NCBI GenBank assembly: GCA_964016885.1
Contig: OZ024743.1
Span: 268,708,001-268,772,000, forward strand
Source of the DNA: Eledone cirrhosa
Taxonomy: Eukaryota
Reading direction: 5' to 3'
DNA: 64,000 nt
Positions 41,665 to 55,546 of the stretch are shown piece by piece. How positions within the stretch are numbered: the first letter of the stretch is position 1; every line of letters starts with the position of its first letter. The notes beneath the pieces are model-generated. The model made no database searches. It worked only from the letters and a program-made list of their open reading frames with translations, and was not told the origin of the DNA. A program made the position numbers and the translations under genes.

Positions 41665-44600
41665 CTACAGGCTGATATAGAGAGAAGGCCCATTCACTCG
41701 GGCCATTCTCGCTACTTTCACCCATCTTTCATAAAACTTGCTGGGGTAGAGCACCTCTCTCTCCATTCTGATCCTTCTTCTAAAGTGGTACTTGAAAAAA
41801 AAGACCAGTTGTTGGCCGGAGAGAAAGGTGTCTGACCTCAGCCCTTTCAACCTTGTCCACCATACAACTTCTTTCGCCATGGCTATCACACAGAGGAAAA
41901 CCGCCTCTCCTTCGTTTTTGAAAGGGGGAGGCGGTTTGATTGTGAGAATGTTCTCGGTGGTCAACCGGATTGGTCCCACCCGCGACAGTAGTCGTTCTAC
42001 ATAGCCCCACAGGTCAGCAACGCCCGGGCAGTGTACGAATGCGTGTGCGACGGTTTCCTCGTCACGCACGCATCTTGGACAGATCTTCTTCGAGGGCTCC
42101 CTACCCGAGCGCCCGTGTCTGTAGAGCTTGTCCCGAACGGGTAGAGCTCCTAGGTAACATTGCCAAGCCAAGGACTTTTGGAAGTTGTCCATCGGTCCCG
42201 GGCCAATCGTCCTACCGAAAAGACTGGCCAGCTCGTCTTCCTCCATGCTCAGAGCCTCTCCGAGAGCGTCGTCGCACTTACTGCGCACCAACCCTCTATA
42301 GAATGTTGAGGTTGAGTCTCCACTGATTGCCGGATCCGCTTGCCAGAGGGCCGTGAGCGCCTGGGCACATTCAATGTGCCAGTCGCCCACTTTTCTCGGT
42401 CTTTGCTTGACCCAGGATTGCAGCTCGGTGAGTGAGACGAGTCTCGGAAAGGCACGCCTCACAAACAGGGCCCACACCGGCTGACCGGTGAGGAATACCT
42501 GGAGGTGCCGTAGCCTCAATGCGTGTCTACGCATCGTCAGCGACGGCATCCCCAGGCCTCCGTTCGAAGGGTATTGACAGCAGATGGATCTTCTCACCAA
42601 AGGAGCCCGCTCTTTCCAAAGAAATCGGAAGAGCGCGCGCTCCATTTTGGCGAGTGTTTTCTCTGGGCAAGGCACGACGGTCAAGCGGTAGTAGATGACG
42701 GACGCTATATAAGCGTTCGCCACCTCCGCTCGACCTTTCAGGGATAGTTTGCACTCGCCCAGAAGTGGGCCGAGTGCAAACACCTTGCCCGTTACCTCGT
42801 CTGGTCCGAACCAGACCCCGAGCAGCTTCACCGGTCCCTCCGTCCAGCGTCTGAGGATGCCGTCGGAGGGCATCGTTTTGCCCCTCCACGTCCCGAGTTG
42901 CAAACCGACGGACTTGTCCCGGTTCAGCTTGGCTCCTGTGAACCTTTCATATTCCTCCAGTAAGGTGCCGATCTGCCCTATTTCCGAGGGGCACGACACC
43001 ATTACTGTCACGTCATCGGCGTAGGCCGACACCGCTTTCCGCAATCTCGGTTCCAAGGGGATGCTCTGCAACAGCTCCAGCTTCCGCAGTAGTGGCTCGA
43101 GAGCAAGCACATACAGGAGGGAGGAGAGAGGGCATCCCTGTTGAATGGATCGCGTGATTTGGAACGGCTTCGACATGTAGCCGTTCACCTTGACCCTCGA
43201 GCAGGTGTTGCTGCTGTGCATTACAGCAATCCAGCCCCTGAAAACGGGTCCGAAGCCTGCCGCCGCGAGCACCGCATCCAGGTACCGATGGTCAACCCTA
43301 TCGAACGCTTTAGATTGATCCAAGTTGATCAGGGCCCCACCAAAGCCGGGTTCGTTCCCTACCCTCTCTACGATGTATCGCATGAGGTGGAGGTTGTCGT
43401 GTATGGACCTGGACGGGATTGCGCATGTCTGCGCTTCTCCCACCAGGTTCCCGACGACAAGCGCCAACCTCTTCGCTAACACCTTGGCCAAAATCTTTAA
43501 CTCTGTGTTTAGCAGAGTTATGGGCCTGAAGTTATCTATGTCATCCCCCTTGTTCTCGTCCTTCCTCACCAGCCTGACTACGCCCTTGGTCACAGAACTG
43601 GGAATTCTCCTGTTCTGTTTCCAGTTGCAGTAGATCGCCTCGGAGAGACCGGAGAACAAGCCCGGCATCGCTATATAAAGTTCGTATGGTAGACCATCGA
43701 GACCCGGAGATTTGCGTTTGCCGCATTGACTCAGCGCTTCCCCTATTTCAGCGGCTGAAATCGGCCTCTCGCAGGACTTCGCCTCCCCGTCCGAGAGCCG
43801 CGCCAGACCGTCGAGGTATGGACCAAAATCCATGGCCCCACCCGGCCCGCCGCCCCTCCCGAACAGTCGTGCAGCGCCGTTGAAAGGCCGCGCTCATACG
43901 CTCAGGTTCAAGGATCACGCGTCCATCCTGGTCCTTCAAAGACCGAATCATGGACTTGTTTCCACTTTTTGCCTATGTCACTCGGGCCCAGCTAACAGCT
44001 TTGGCTCCCTCGATACCCAGAGCACGTATTTTACTTCTGACAACGCAGCCCTCGTGCTTCGCATCAAAGAACTGGTCTAGGGCCGTTCTTGACGCCAGCA
44101 CGCCGGCCACGTTGCCACTCCTAATCGCCTCTCCTACTCTATTTGTTAATTCCCTTTCAGTTCTATTCCTATCTGATGCTAATTCCCGACTAAAACCTAT
44201 CGATTCTATTCTAATTTCTCTCTTGAGAGAGCCCCACCACCTGTTGTTGACAATTGCCCCCGTCAAACGCTGCTTAACTAGTGTGCTAATCCGCTTACTG
44301 TAAGCTTTGTTTGTCGGTAAAGACAAGTTTAGCTTCCAGTAACCGGGTCCCTGTCTATGAGTTCTATCAAGGTTGACCACTCCGGTCACCAACATGTGAT
44401 CCGAATAGTCAACCATGAACATTCGTGGACAGCTTAATATGTCCCTATCCTTATTTCTAACTAGGAACATATCTACGTACGACCTAGATGTTCCACTGCG
44501 ATTACTCCACGACCACCGTGGCACAGTCGGAAAATCTAGTCGATATCTATCGGCCAGATCAAATCGGCCGATTAATCGTTTGAGGCTGTTACACCCCCTC

Positions 44601-45075
44601 TATCGGGACATGCCCCTACATAGTCCCAACGTGCATCCAGGATACCATTCCAGTCCCCCACTAAAAGCAAGGAGCGAGACGTTCCCAGGAAATTCTCCAG
44701 GCGTCGGAAGAAGTCCGGTCGCGGTGTCCCAGATGGGGCATACGCTGCCACCAGTCTGAAAGCTCCACCTTCACCACTGCCGACGTCTAAAACCACCAGT
44801 CGACCCTCCTGGTCCAGGTGTACCTTCTGTGTGGCAAGACCCAGGTATTTTCGCAGCAGAACGACAACCCCACCCCCAGCCCTCGGCTGACAGAGAGATG
44901 CGTAGATCTCAAAGTCGTCGAAGATGGGGGCCAGTTGGCGCTCGCTGCTGATCCTGGACTCGCAAATAACCATTACATCCACTCTGTGCGACAAGAGGTC
45001 ATTTAAGAGTTTGCCCTGTTTCCAGGACATCCCCAAGCCGCGTGCATTCACACATCCAACTCTTATATTGGCCAT
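41665..45075 (-). pseudogene. Tx1/L1 ORF2 (APE endonuclease, RT, CCHC zinc finger), several frameshifts
   Basis: VGCVNARGL, GDWN, SDH, YWKLN, KSPGLDGL, DQSKAFDRV, QGCPLS, AYADD, CPRC..EETVAHAFVHC. Confidence 0.95.
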
Positions 45076-45117
45076 GTTGGTGCTGAAGAGTTAAAAAGGA
45101 AGAGGAAAGGAAATGAC

Positions 45118-46910
45118 TTACCTCTTCCTTTCCTGGTGACTAGGCTGCACAATTTCCATGGGGGTGTTGGAAGGGTTGTTTGGTGGGGTGGTGGTTTGTG
45201 GTGGGGTGAGAACATCAGTGTGTGGTGGGATTAGGGTGTTTGGTGTGGTGTGGGTGTCTGGTGTGGGGGTGGGGAAACATCTCAATAGGACGCTGTTATG
45301 TGGTTTGGTGCAGTTGGTCCCACATGCATTGGATGGTTCTTTTTCAAAGTTACATAGGTTTCCTTTGGGACCCTAATCATCATTAGGTGTGGTTTGTTCG
45401 CTGCGTAGGTGAAAGTGAACCCGTCAGTTTCCACCGAAGGGTTATTTTCCATCGCTTTCATCAACGTTTTATTGTTCTTGTTAATGTATGTATAGAGTTT
45501 TTGTTGTGTTGTGTTTGTTTTTGTTTGCGTTTTGTAGTACGTGTTATGTTTTGGGGAGGGGTGGGTTTTTTTATTTGTGATGTTTGTTCTGTTTGTGCTG
45601 GTGGTTGTGTCTTTGTGGCATTTTTGTTAATGTGGCGCCTTTTTTTTTCCTTTTAACCTGTTAAAAGGGTTCTCCCTCGTCGTCACTGGGTGACGTTGAT
45701 ACGGAGTCCTCTTCCGTGTTGTTGGGGAGGGGTATATTTTGGGGTGTTTTTTGTGGTTGCTTTTGTATTTGTTTTAGGTGGGGAGGGGTTGGGTGGAACA
45801 GTGTTTTGTGTTGTTATTTTTCCGTGTTGTTGTGGTTGTTGTTGTTGTTGTGGTGGTGGTGGTGGTGGTGGTGGTGGTGGTGGTTGTGTTGTTGTGTTCG
45901 GGGTTGGCAGAAGAGCCTTTTTTTTTTACTCGTTAATTGAGGACAGGCAGCCCTCAGGTGACCCCTGCTTAAGCAGTGGTAACATGACGACCGCCTTCCC
46001 TCCACTGAAATGTTTATATAAGTTAGCCCGTGCAGAGGTACGCGTTGTGGGATATTCGCTATTCGTTCTGGGCTCATTTGCACCAGAACTTCTACGGTGG
46101 TCCCACCAAATACACCTCCGGAGGACTTTCCTATTGAAATAATCTTGTCTTCGTCAAAGTTAATTATTCCACATAGTATCCACCAAATATTTATATTTGG
46201 TGTGATACTCATTATTTTTATTCTTTGTGTCCTTTTTCCCCTGTATGTGGGGAAAAAGGTGAAGCGGGGAGACACAATGGGTGCTACCGAGTACTTTTGA
46301 GCTGTTGACTGGTTGTTCATTAGCACCGAAATGCTACCAAACAGTTTACCTTTTTGTATGAAGGTTAAGTCCTTCATTGCATCTTTTAGAACCGGCTCAA
46401 TTTCATTTTGTGATAATTGAGCTGGTTTTCTTCTTTCGTTCGATATTGTCCTGAAAACCACAGTTTTCAGGACAGCCTCTCTACGTAATTCCTGTGGAGA
46501 ATTGATGCTAAAAGCACCGTTTTCGCCAAAAGTCACGAATTGTTTTGCGTCTTGTAATAGTTGTTTAGCTTTTGTTATGTCTATTGGCGTGTATAGTTCG
46601 TTTTTTTTTTACAGTCTGTGCGAATGTTGTTTTGGTGTTGTTGTCTTTTTTGTTACTGTCACTGTTGGTAATATTGTTCATGTTTTCCTTGGTGTTGCTA
46701 TTGTTGCAGTTGTTGGTTGTGGTGTTATTGTCATTGTTCTTGTTGTTGGTGCTGGTATTATTTACCGGGTTTGGTTTCGTGGTTTCGATATTTTTCACGT
46801 TTTTCGATGATGCGAGGGGGGAAGGCTGCAAGCTTTGTACTCCTACCTTCCCTCCACCACTTTTCTTAGTGGGCGTGGCACTCACGACAGTGTGCGAGGT
46901 GGAAATGGCA
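45118..46910 (-). pseudogene. Tx1/L1 ORF1 (gag-like), disrupted
   Basis: CYHCLSRGHLRAACP zinc knuckle; N/T/P-rich low-complexity flanks; ends uncertain. Confidence 0.75.
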
Positions 46911-47104
46911 TCCATTGCCACCAAGTCTACAGCTTTGAGATGAAAATGAAAATTTCGCCCCAGAAAGGGGCGAAAATTAGTTGACTCAACGTCTGACGGC
47001 CCAGGCAAGGGGTTAAACTGAACAATGTTATTAAATTGAGCAATAAACTCACAGTTTTTTTGACAATAATCCGTAAAAATCCGGAGCGAAGTAAATCACG
47101 TCTA

Positions 47105-48260
47105 TATCAAGTGGTAATTGATATAGAGAGTGGGATTGGAAGAGTAAGTTGTATGTTTGATGTTGAGAGGGGGAGATTTTTGTCGGAATGAATAGTGTAA
47201 GAGGACTGATAGAGATAGGTATTGATAGATATAGTGAGGGGGGAGTTTGGCAGTGATAGATATAGTGAGAGGGAATGAGAGAGAGTTCTTTAAGGTAGAT
47301 ATTGAGAGGGGGGAGTTTGGGGGTCAATTTATATAGAAAGGGAGAATGGAAGAGACTTCTGTGTAGTAGATATAGCGACGGAGAGAGTTTGTTGTTAATT
47401 GATATAGAGGCGAAATTGGGAGAGAGTGATGTATGGTTCATGTAGAGTGTATGAGAGTTTGGTGGTAATGAAAAGAGTGAGAAGGTTGATAGAGATAGGT
47501 ATTGATAGATATAGAGAGGGGGATACTTTAGTGATAATTGATATAGAGAGGGGGGTTTGGAGAGTGTGTTGTATGGTTGCTACAGAAGTGGGTGTTGGAA
47601 GAGAGTTCCGTGTAGTAGATATAAAGAGCGCAGAGTTTACTGCTAATTGATATAGAGAGGGTGATTAGAAGAGATTTCAGTAGTAGATATAGAGGGGGGG
47701 GGTAATTGATATAGAGAGAAGTATTGGAGGAGAGTGTTGTATGATTGATGTAGAGAGGTGGAGTGTTCGGTACTGATGGATAGAGTAAGGGAGAATGAGA
47801 GAGAGTGTTGTATGGTAGATATAGAGGAGGATAGTTTGGTGGTTATTGATATAGAGAGATAGAGTGTGGTGTTGGGAGACTGTGTTGTATATTAGATATA
47901 GAGAGGGGTAGAGTTTCGTGTTAATTGATTTAGAGAGCGGTATTGAAAGAGAGTTCCATGTAGTAAATATAGAGAGGGGGAGAGTTTGGTGTTAATTGAT
48001 ATAGTGAGTAGGGTTGGAGGAGAGTACCGTGTAGTAAATATAGTGAGGTGGAGAATTTGCTGGTTGTGGATATACAGAGAGGGGGTAATAGTAAAGTGCC
48101 TTGTGGTAGATATAGGGAGATTGGGAGAAATAAGTGCAGATATTTATAGCGAGTGAGAGAGTTTATTACTCTTAGATATAGAGAGTGGGATAAGAGAGGC
48201 GGTGTGGTGGTATATATAGAGAGGGGTAGAGTTTGTTTTTAGTATATTTAGTAGAGGGGA
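47105..48260. repeat. Degenerate purine-rich minisatellite (right part)
   Basis: Many GATATAGAGAGG-anchored ~30-35-bp units. Confidence 0.85.
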
Positions 48261-48269
48261 TTAAAAGAG

Positions 48270-48560
48270 AGTTTTGTAGGAAAGACATAGAGAGGAGGAG
48301 AGTTTGGTGGCATTCTCGGGTCCCAAATAATAGGAGGGTGGGGCTTTGGGTAATCTGTAACTGTATAGATATGGGATTTCTTGTAATGTTCTGTTGACAT
48401 GTATAATGTTTTTTAATGTAAGATCAAATTTACAAAAAAAGGAGAAACAATTACTAGATACCCGAGCTGCTCTATCAATATGAATCACTTACAGTAACAT
48501 TTCGCCGGAGATAGATTAGCAAAATTTAATAAGCGGGTGGAGGCTGGATAAAAACCGGGC
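48270..48560 (-). pseudogene. Probable decayed PLE RT C-terminal fragment
   Basis: STRLLNFANLSP...IDRAARVSSN resembles the PLE T..YLNF.S.HP...RA.RICS segment. Confidence 0.45.
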
Positions 48561-48816
48561 TTGGGTGTGGAAAAAATCTGACAAATTAATAAGTCGGGGA
48601 TGGGGAAGATTATTGAAGACCTGAGAGTACGTGAATTATTGACGGACTTAAGAATGAAAGCTCAATACCGAAGTAGAGTTTAAATATTTATTTATTATGG
48701 CTAAGTCTTGTTACTCTGGAGTCTCACCTGCGTACACACCAGAGAAATCTGGTGATCCTGTGAGTGAGCAGGTGAAACCTTAGAGCAACAAACTCACCAA
48801 TAGCCATAATAAATGA

Positions 48817-48882
<66 letters not shown>

Positions 48883-48909
48883 ATATAATACAAATAGTGA
48901 AAACAATGA

Positions 48910-49046
48910 AATTACGTCCCTTTACGATCTGAGTTCAATTCCCGCCGAGGTTAACTTTGCCTTTCATCCTTACGGGGTCGATAAAATAAAGTACCAGTAA
49001 TGTGCTGGGATCATTGCTGGCCTTGTGCCAAAAAGTAGAAACAATT
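48910..49046 (+). mobile_element. SINE family 1 (5'-truncated)
   Basis: B box plus conserved body and tail. Confidence 0.88.
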
Positions 49047-49764
49047 ATTTAATTTATTAATTCTTCATTGAGCCACAACGTGACCCGTTGCAAAACACAT
49101 ATATATCTATGACTTTATATATATGTAAACCTCTATATGTAATAATCTCCCGTTAGGTTGAGATACAATTTGGCTATATTGGGCTGCGCATTTTAGCAAT
49201 AAGCCTACCCGCCGTAAGCAACTAATCACATCCTTTCTAACTTGACCGCTGCCACGTCACGATTCTTAGTCATTTTTTAATGTATCTTTAGCGCGATCAC
49301 TTTGGAAAATTAATTGTCTAATTTTGGGCGCTGGACATTCCCTGTTATCGGATGTCTTAAAATACGGATGAAACCATGGTAGAGGTAATTAAATATGTAC
49401 GCATTTCTTCTAAGTTTATTTTACACCTAATTGTGTTTAGTTGACTGTATATCTGGTCGATTTCTACATGCTGTCGAAATGTTCGATAAATACTCCGTCG
49501 TAGCCGACGCAAAGGGGCTGCTTTCGGTTATTTGTCGGAAATTTCTTCATAGTAGCCTTTATTCTTATAGCTTGGTCTAATTGATTTTTTATATGGTTAA
49601 TTATGCTAATTGGGAGAGGAAATGGTATATATTTTATCTAGTGATTCTAAAGACATGTTTTATGATATATAGCTCTGATTATTTAATTTATTAATTCTTC
49701 ATTGAGCCACACCGTGACCCGTTGCAAAACACATATATATCTATGACTTTATATATGTAAACCT

Positions 49765-49773
<9 letters not shown>
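49046..49773. mobile_element. ~730-bp unit with ~95-bp terminal direct repeats
   Basis: 49046-49141 is nearly identical to 49680-49773; right copy runs into (TA)n. Confidence 0.7.
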
Positions 49774-49835
<62 letters not shown>

Positions 49836-50127
49836 CAGTCGATCGACTTTCGTCAAATCGGACCGAGGAAACGACGTTTCCTTTGGTCTTTCCAACTGCT
49901 AATACTGTCTATCGGTCCCAACTCCAGGAAGAAGGAGCAATGTGGAATAAAGTGTCTTGCTCAAGGACATAACGCATCACTCTCCGGGAATCGAACTCAC
50001 AACATCATGATTGCGAATCCAATTCCCTAACCATTCAGCTATAGGTGATGAATAAATGCAAAGAAACTCGATATATTAACCCCTTAGGAAAAGGGCACAG
50101 AACATAATTTTTTTAATTACATATATA

Positions 50128-50362
50128 CAGTGGGGTGGAATTGGTGGGGGGCATTCCCCCTCCAATAATTATATTTTCTCCCCAAACTACCAAAACACAT
50201 CTATTTGTATATGCGCTACAATTTATGTACATGTTATGTTTATCGTATATGGAAATTTTCTGACCATTTTAGAGTGAAAAGAGCTAAATTAATCACTACA
50301 ACTAAATTATTCAAATTTGACCCCCACTCCCACCCAATTCAGACATGCTTCCACCGCCCCTA
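50128..50362. mobile_element. MITE-like repeat (partial relative at 40989-41102)
   Basis: Shared CCAATAATTATATTTT..CTACAATTTATGTACATG; imperfect TIR GGTGGAA/TTCCACC. Confidence 0.55.
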
Positions 50363-51240
50363 TATGCATGTATTTATGTGTGTATTTATGTATGTATATA
50401 TGTATTATGAATGTATATATGTATTTATGTATGTATATTCTGGTTTTATAATTTCATAATTTTTACCAATAGAGAGAGAGTCGGATTCTAACATAGATAC
50501 AAGACTCTCCTATTGGAATTTACACAACATCAACTAGGTAGATATGTATGCATGTATGTATGTATGTATTTTTTTTCACCTGGAAGTGAACGGTCTCCAG
50601 TTGTTATCACAACACCTTTCCAAGAGAGGAAAACTCTGAAAAAAAAATGCGGCTTCGGAAACATCCGATGATGTTGACCAGTTCTCCTTTTCGGGTAATG
50701 TTTTCGATGCTCAAAGAGTGGGATTGGTCGAGTGCAAGGAGTTTCCCTACTTACAAAACATTAAAAGCATAGGCATTGCTTGTTCAGGATATGTTACAGG
50801 TCCCTGTGGCTGGCCGTAGCCTAAAGGTGCGCCAAACTATAATCTGACAAGCGATTGCAATAATCTTAGCAGAGTTTGCAGTCATCATATATGTATGTAT
50901 GGAGTAGTTAACAGTACCAGTCGCTGATAGATTGTCACATAACACTCTTTCCTCATTCCCACCCCTACCCTTCGTCTGTACTGCCTCTCTGGTATGCAGT
51001 GTTGATTTATTCAGTAATGTGTTGCCTTTGTTCACTACATGCACACATTAAGCTTAGTGTAATGGATATATTATCTGTGATAAATAATGGTACAATGCCA
51101 CAAATATGTATATGTGGAATAATTTATGAAGTTAACCAATTCCAATATATCACTTTGTAGACTACGTAAAATACTATGCCAAGTCAACTATACATATAAT
51201 ATCAATGAACGTAATTTAATGAACGAATAATAAATATAAT

Positions 51241-51640
51241 TGTTTCTACTTTAGGCACAAGGCCAGAAAATACCCAGTACATTACTGGTACTTTATTTTA
51301 TCGACCCCGTAAGGATGAAAGGCAAAGTCAACCTCGGCGGGATTTGAACTCAGATCGTAAAGGGACGTAACTATGTTGGAAAGCATGGCGTCCGACCCTC
51401 TACCGATACTGCCAATCCACCTTTGAACGAATAATAAATATAATGGTTTCTAATATATGCATAGGGCCAGCAATTTTAGGGGAAAGTAAAGTCGAGTCCA
51501 TCGACCCCAGTATTTAACTGGTACTTTGTTTTTCGATCCAGGAAGACAAAAGGCAATTTGACCTCGGTGGAATTTGAACTCAGAATATAAATGATTGGAA
51601 AAATACTGTAAACCATTTGGCACGGCTGTAATTATTCTGC
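51241..51640 (-). mobile_element. Young SINE family 1 (51241-51423, 21-bp TSD) beside an older copy
   Basis: TSD TGAACGAATAATAAATATAAT at 51220-51240 and 51424-51444. Confidence 0.9.
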
Positions 51641-52535
51641 AGTTAGTGGTTATACTAATGATAAATTTTATTTATCACGAGGGTGACGTGAGGAGGGAGT
51701 ACATTACTGGTGCAAATTAAAAAATAAAACACAGAAATAGTACAATTTATTGTGCAGAATCGAAAATGAAGAAAAATTAGTAAAGATATTGAAAGGAAAC
51801 GTCCCAACAGCTAATAAACTTATTCAGAAGTACTGTCTCTTCCGAAAAATACTTCAGCTTTTGCCTGTAAAGAAAGTTTGCAATATTTTAGGTCAACTTT
51901 GCTCATTTTGAAGTATTTATTCTTTACATGTTACGGGTATATAGAGTCCCTTCTATCACGACCGGCCTTGGTTTTGTTCATGGAAGTTTCCTTTCCAAGG
52001 CGGAAACCTGGGCAAGGAGCTTTGTGGTAGACCAGCACTCACCTATACATGTCAGTCTTTTTTCTACAGGAAACCGATCTTGTCAGAGGCAAAGGCAAAA
52101 TCAGATAGAGCTTAACACCGGTGTAATCACCATTTAGTTTTCCCAGCTGAGTTGGTCGAAACAAAGTGTATTAAAATGTCTTACTCAAAGTATCTAAAAA
52201 TTGGCTTCCCGTTCCGGGAATGGAACTCATGACTTTACAATTGTGAGCCGAACATTCTAACCTCTAAGCTACATACTTTCACTTTGGTACAGGAAGAGGA
52301 ACGTGATTTAGTCAATCCAAGCATCTAACTGGTACTTTATTTATTGACCTCGTAAAGATAAAAGGCAAGGATGACCTCGGAGGGATGTGAACTTAAAATG
52401 AAACTAAATACTACAAGTGAGTTTGTCTGACGGCTTAACGATTTTGCGAATGTACTGTCGGTAAAGAGTATGTACGAGTAAAATACCACTAATATATTTA
52501 TATACATATAGTATATATGCACATAAATATACATA

Positions 52536-52592
<57 letters not shown>

Positions 52593-52705
52593 ATACGCAT
52601 AATTATAATAAAAAACGCGTATATAAAAATGCACACACACACACACTCACACACTCACACACATATATAGGGAGGTATTCTTGGTTTTAAGGGGCGGTAG
52701 TAAGT

Positions 52706-52782
<77 letters not shown>

Positions 52783-53164
52783 TGTGTTTGTGTGTGTGTG
52801 CGTGTGTTCGTGTGTGCAACGTGCGTGAATTTGCTACAGTATTTTAGAGACCCTCAAAAATGTCTTGTAGTACTTGGTCGATTGGATGAAATATACGGTA
52901 CGTAGATAAGTTGAAACTGAAAGTGAAGGTGCTGGGTCAGAGAACAGGAACAGGAAGAGCTACAGAGAGAACAGTGAACTGTATATTCCATTGTTGTTGC
53001 GAGTGGGTTGCGCATTGATGCGATGCATTTTGCCTTGTAGTAATGTGTGAAGTCAAACATACATGACAATCCATTGTTTTACAGAAATATCCCTGGAAAG
53101 AATAAAGAACGAATGGCGAATGACATGATGGCAAGTAAAAGCAGAAGAAAATGATGTTGGTGAG

Positions 53165-53204
53165 GAAGACTACAAAGACGACGATGACGACGACGATGAT
53201 AGTA

Positions 53205-53236
<32 letters not shown>

Positions 53237-53731
53237 GGTGGTGGTGGTGGTGGTGGTGGTGGTGGTGCGTGTCATGGTGGTGGGTTTGGTGGTGTTGGAT
53301 GTGGTGTAGAGGATGGTGACGATGATGATAGTGATGATAGAGATGATGATGGTGATGATGTAGATAGTGATGATGATGGTGATGATGTAGATAGTGATGA
53401 TGATGATGGGGTGGTGGTGGTGGTGGTGGTGGTGGTGGTGGTGGTGGTGGTGGTGGTGGTGGTGGTGTAGGTGTGGGTGGGTTTGGTGGTGTTGGATATG
53501 GTGAAGGAGATGATGATGGCAAAAGTGGTGGTGATCGTCATCGTTTTGGTAATTTCTGGTGATGACAATGATAACGATGATGATGATGATGATGATGATG
53601 AGGAGGAGGAGGAGGATGTTAGTGGTGGTGAAAGTGATGATGGTCGTGATGAAGAAGAAAATGGTGATGTTGAGGTGGAGGAGGAGGAGAAGAAAATGGA
53701 CGACGTAGACGGTGACAACAATGACTACGAT

Positions 53732-53780
<49 letters not shown>

Positions 53781-53781
53781 C

Positions 53782-53819
<38 letters not shown>

Positions 53820-53865
53820 CAGCAGTAGTAGTAGTAGTAGTAACAGCAGCAACAGCAGCAGCAGC

Positions 53866-53925
<60 letters not shown>
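53165..53925. repeat. Compound trinucleotide microsatellite (GAT/GGT/GAG/GTA/GCA)n
   Basis: Direct inspection. Confidence 0.95.
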
Positions 53926-53926
<1 letters not shown>

Positions 53927-54307
53927 TATTTTGTTTTTGATGCAGTTAAAGATGACACTAAACTAAAGAACAACAACACCAATGAAAAAAATATCAACAA
54001 CTATAAGAACAATAACAGCAATAACAAAAATAATAACAACAAAGTCAAAGAAGGAATAATTGCAACAATAGCAATACAGAAAACCGTAACATCTTTGACA
54101 AAAATAACTGCAACAAAAACAACAAAGTCCTCAAGTTATAAGAAGAGAATTTAAGGAAGGGAGACAACTACATCGGAAGGAAATGTTGAAGAAGTTCAAT
54201 GGAAAGATCAAATAGTAGTGAGAGAATATAATAAAAAGATATTATCATCTATATATGTATATTTCAGTGTATAATGAAAGAATGAAGCGAATATACAGAA
54301 AATAAAC

Positions 54308-54339
<32 letters not shown>

Positions 54340-54604
54340 GTCTTAAGCCAGAAGGCTCATTTGGCCGGTGCTTATCCCGGTTTCATGGCGTGAAACGACT
54401 GAGAGTACAAGACTCCCCTCTGGACAGGACGCCAGTCCATTGCAGGGTTAAACCTCGGGCTGTTGCTGGTACTTATTTCCAGCTGAGTATACTGGGGCAA
54501 CGTGAAATGAAGTGTTTTGCTCAAGAACACAACACGCAACCCAGGAATCGAAATATATATATATACATATATACATACATATATATAACATATACATATA
54601 TATG

Positions 54605-54641
<37 letters not shown>

Positions 54642-54856
54642 TATATGTACATATGTGTCTGTATATGTGTAAATATATATATATATAAACAAGTGGATGC
54701 TTAGTAAAATCGAAGCTTTGGTTGCGGCCAAGCAAACGACCTACAATTAGGAATGAGTAGCAAAACACTCAATAAGGTAGGTCCTCAGAGTAATAACATA
54801 CGTTTAGATAGTTTGACAAATTGATATATATGTGGATGGGTGTGTTTGTGTCTGTG

Positions 54857-54914
<58 letters not shown>

Positions 54915-54921
54915 TGTGTGC

Positions 54922-54955
<34 letters not shown>

Positions 54956-54964
54956 GTTTGTGTG

Positions 54965-55055
<91 letters not shown>

Positions 55056-55392
55056 ATATGTATATATATATATATGTAGAAAAAAATGAAAACGAAATTT
55101 CATTTCTCACTCTTAGTATGGCACTTACTTAAATGTAAGTATGTATGTATACGTACATACATATATGTGTACAGACGTACAGTAGCATGCATATATATAT
55201 ATATATATATATACATATATATACATATATACATATATACATACAGGTAAACATACATATATGCACGCATCAGTTTAGCGGACGCTTATTATAACGCCGC
55301 TTTGTTCGTTTGTCAACAAACTAAACAGCCTGAATTTATGCCATACGGTGTTAAGGCAACCACGTCTCCTTTTTGTTCAACACTGACACAGG

Positions 55393-55437
55393 AACGATGT
55401 ACTAGTTTCAAGCTTGTTAGCTATCATCAGCACCGTT
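55393..55437 (-). ncRNA. Minimal type I hammerhead ribozyme
   Basis: Exact reverse complement of 55502-55546. Confidence 0.85.
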
Positions 55438-55501
55438 TACCCATCTGCCAGATAGTTGAACGTTCGAAAGTATATACTTCCAACTATCTGGCAGATGGGT
55501 A

Positions 55502-55546
55502 AACGGTGCTGATGATAGCTAACAAGCTTGAAACTAGTACATCGTT
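55502..55546 (+). ncRNA. Minimal type I hammerhead ribozyme
   Basis: AACGGTG-CTGATGA-TAGCT-AACA-AGCTT-GAAA-CTAG-TA-CATCGTT: stem I 7 bp with one GU, canonical core, palindromic stem III. Confidence 0.85.

Larger units (their letters stand above)
41430..47100 (-). mobile_element. Near-full-length L1/Tx1-clade LINE
   Basis: ORF1 with zinc knuckle, then APE-RT-CCHC ORF2 in correct order; interrupts a minisatellite. Confidence 0.92.

Noticed and set aside
41780-45006. Numerous + strand and alternative-frame ORFs over the LINE
   Set aside because: Shadow ORFs of the GC-rich Tx1 ORF2
52937-53930. Poly-H/T/V/D/S ORFs
   Set aside because: Compound trinucleotide repeats open in most frames
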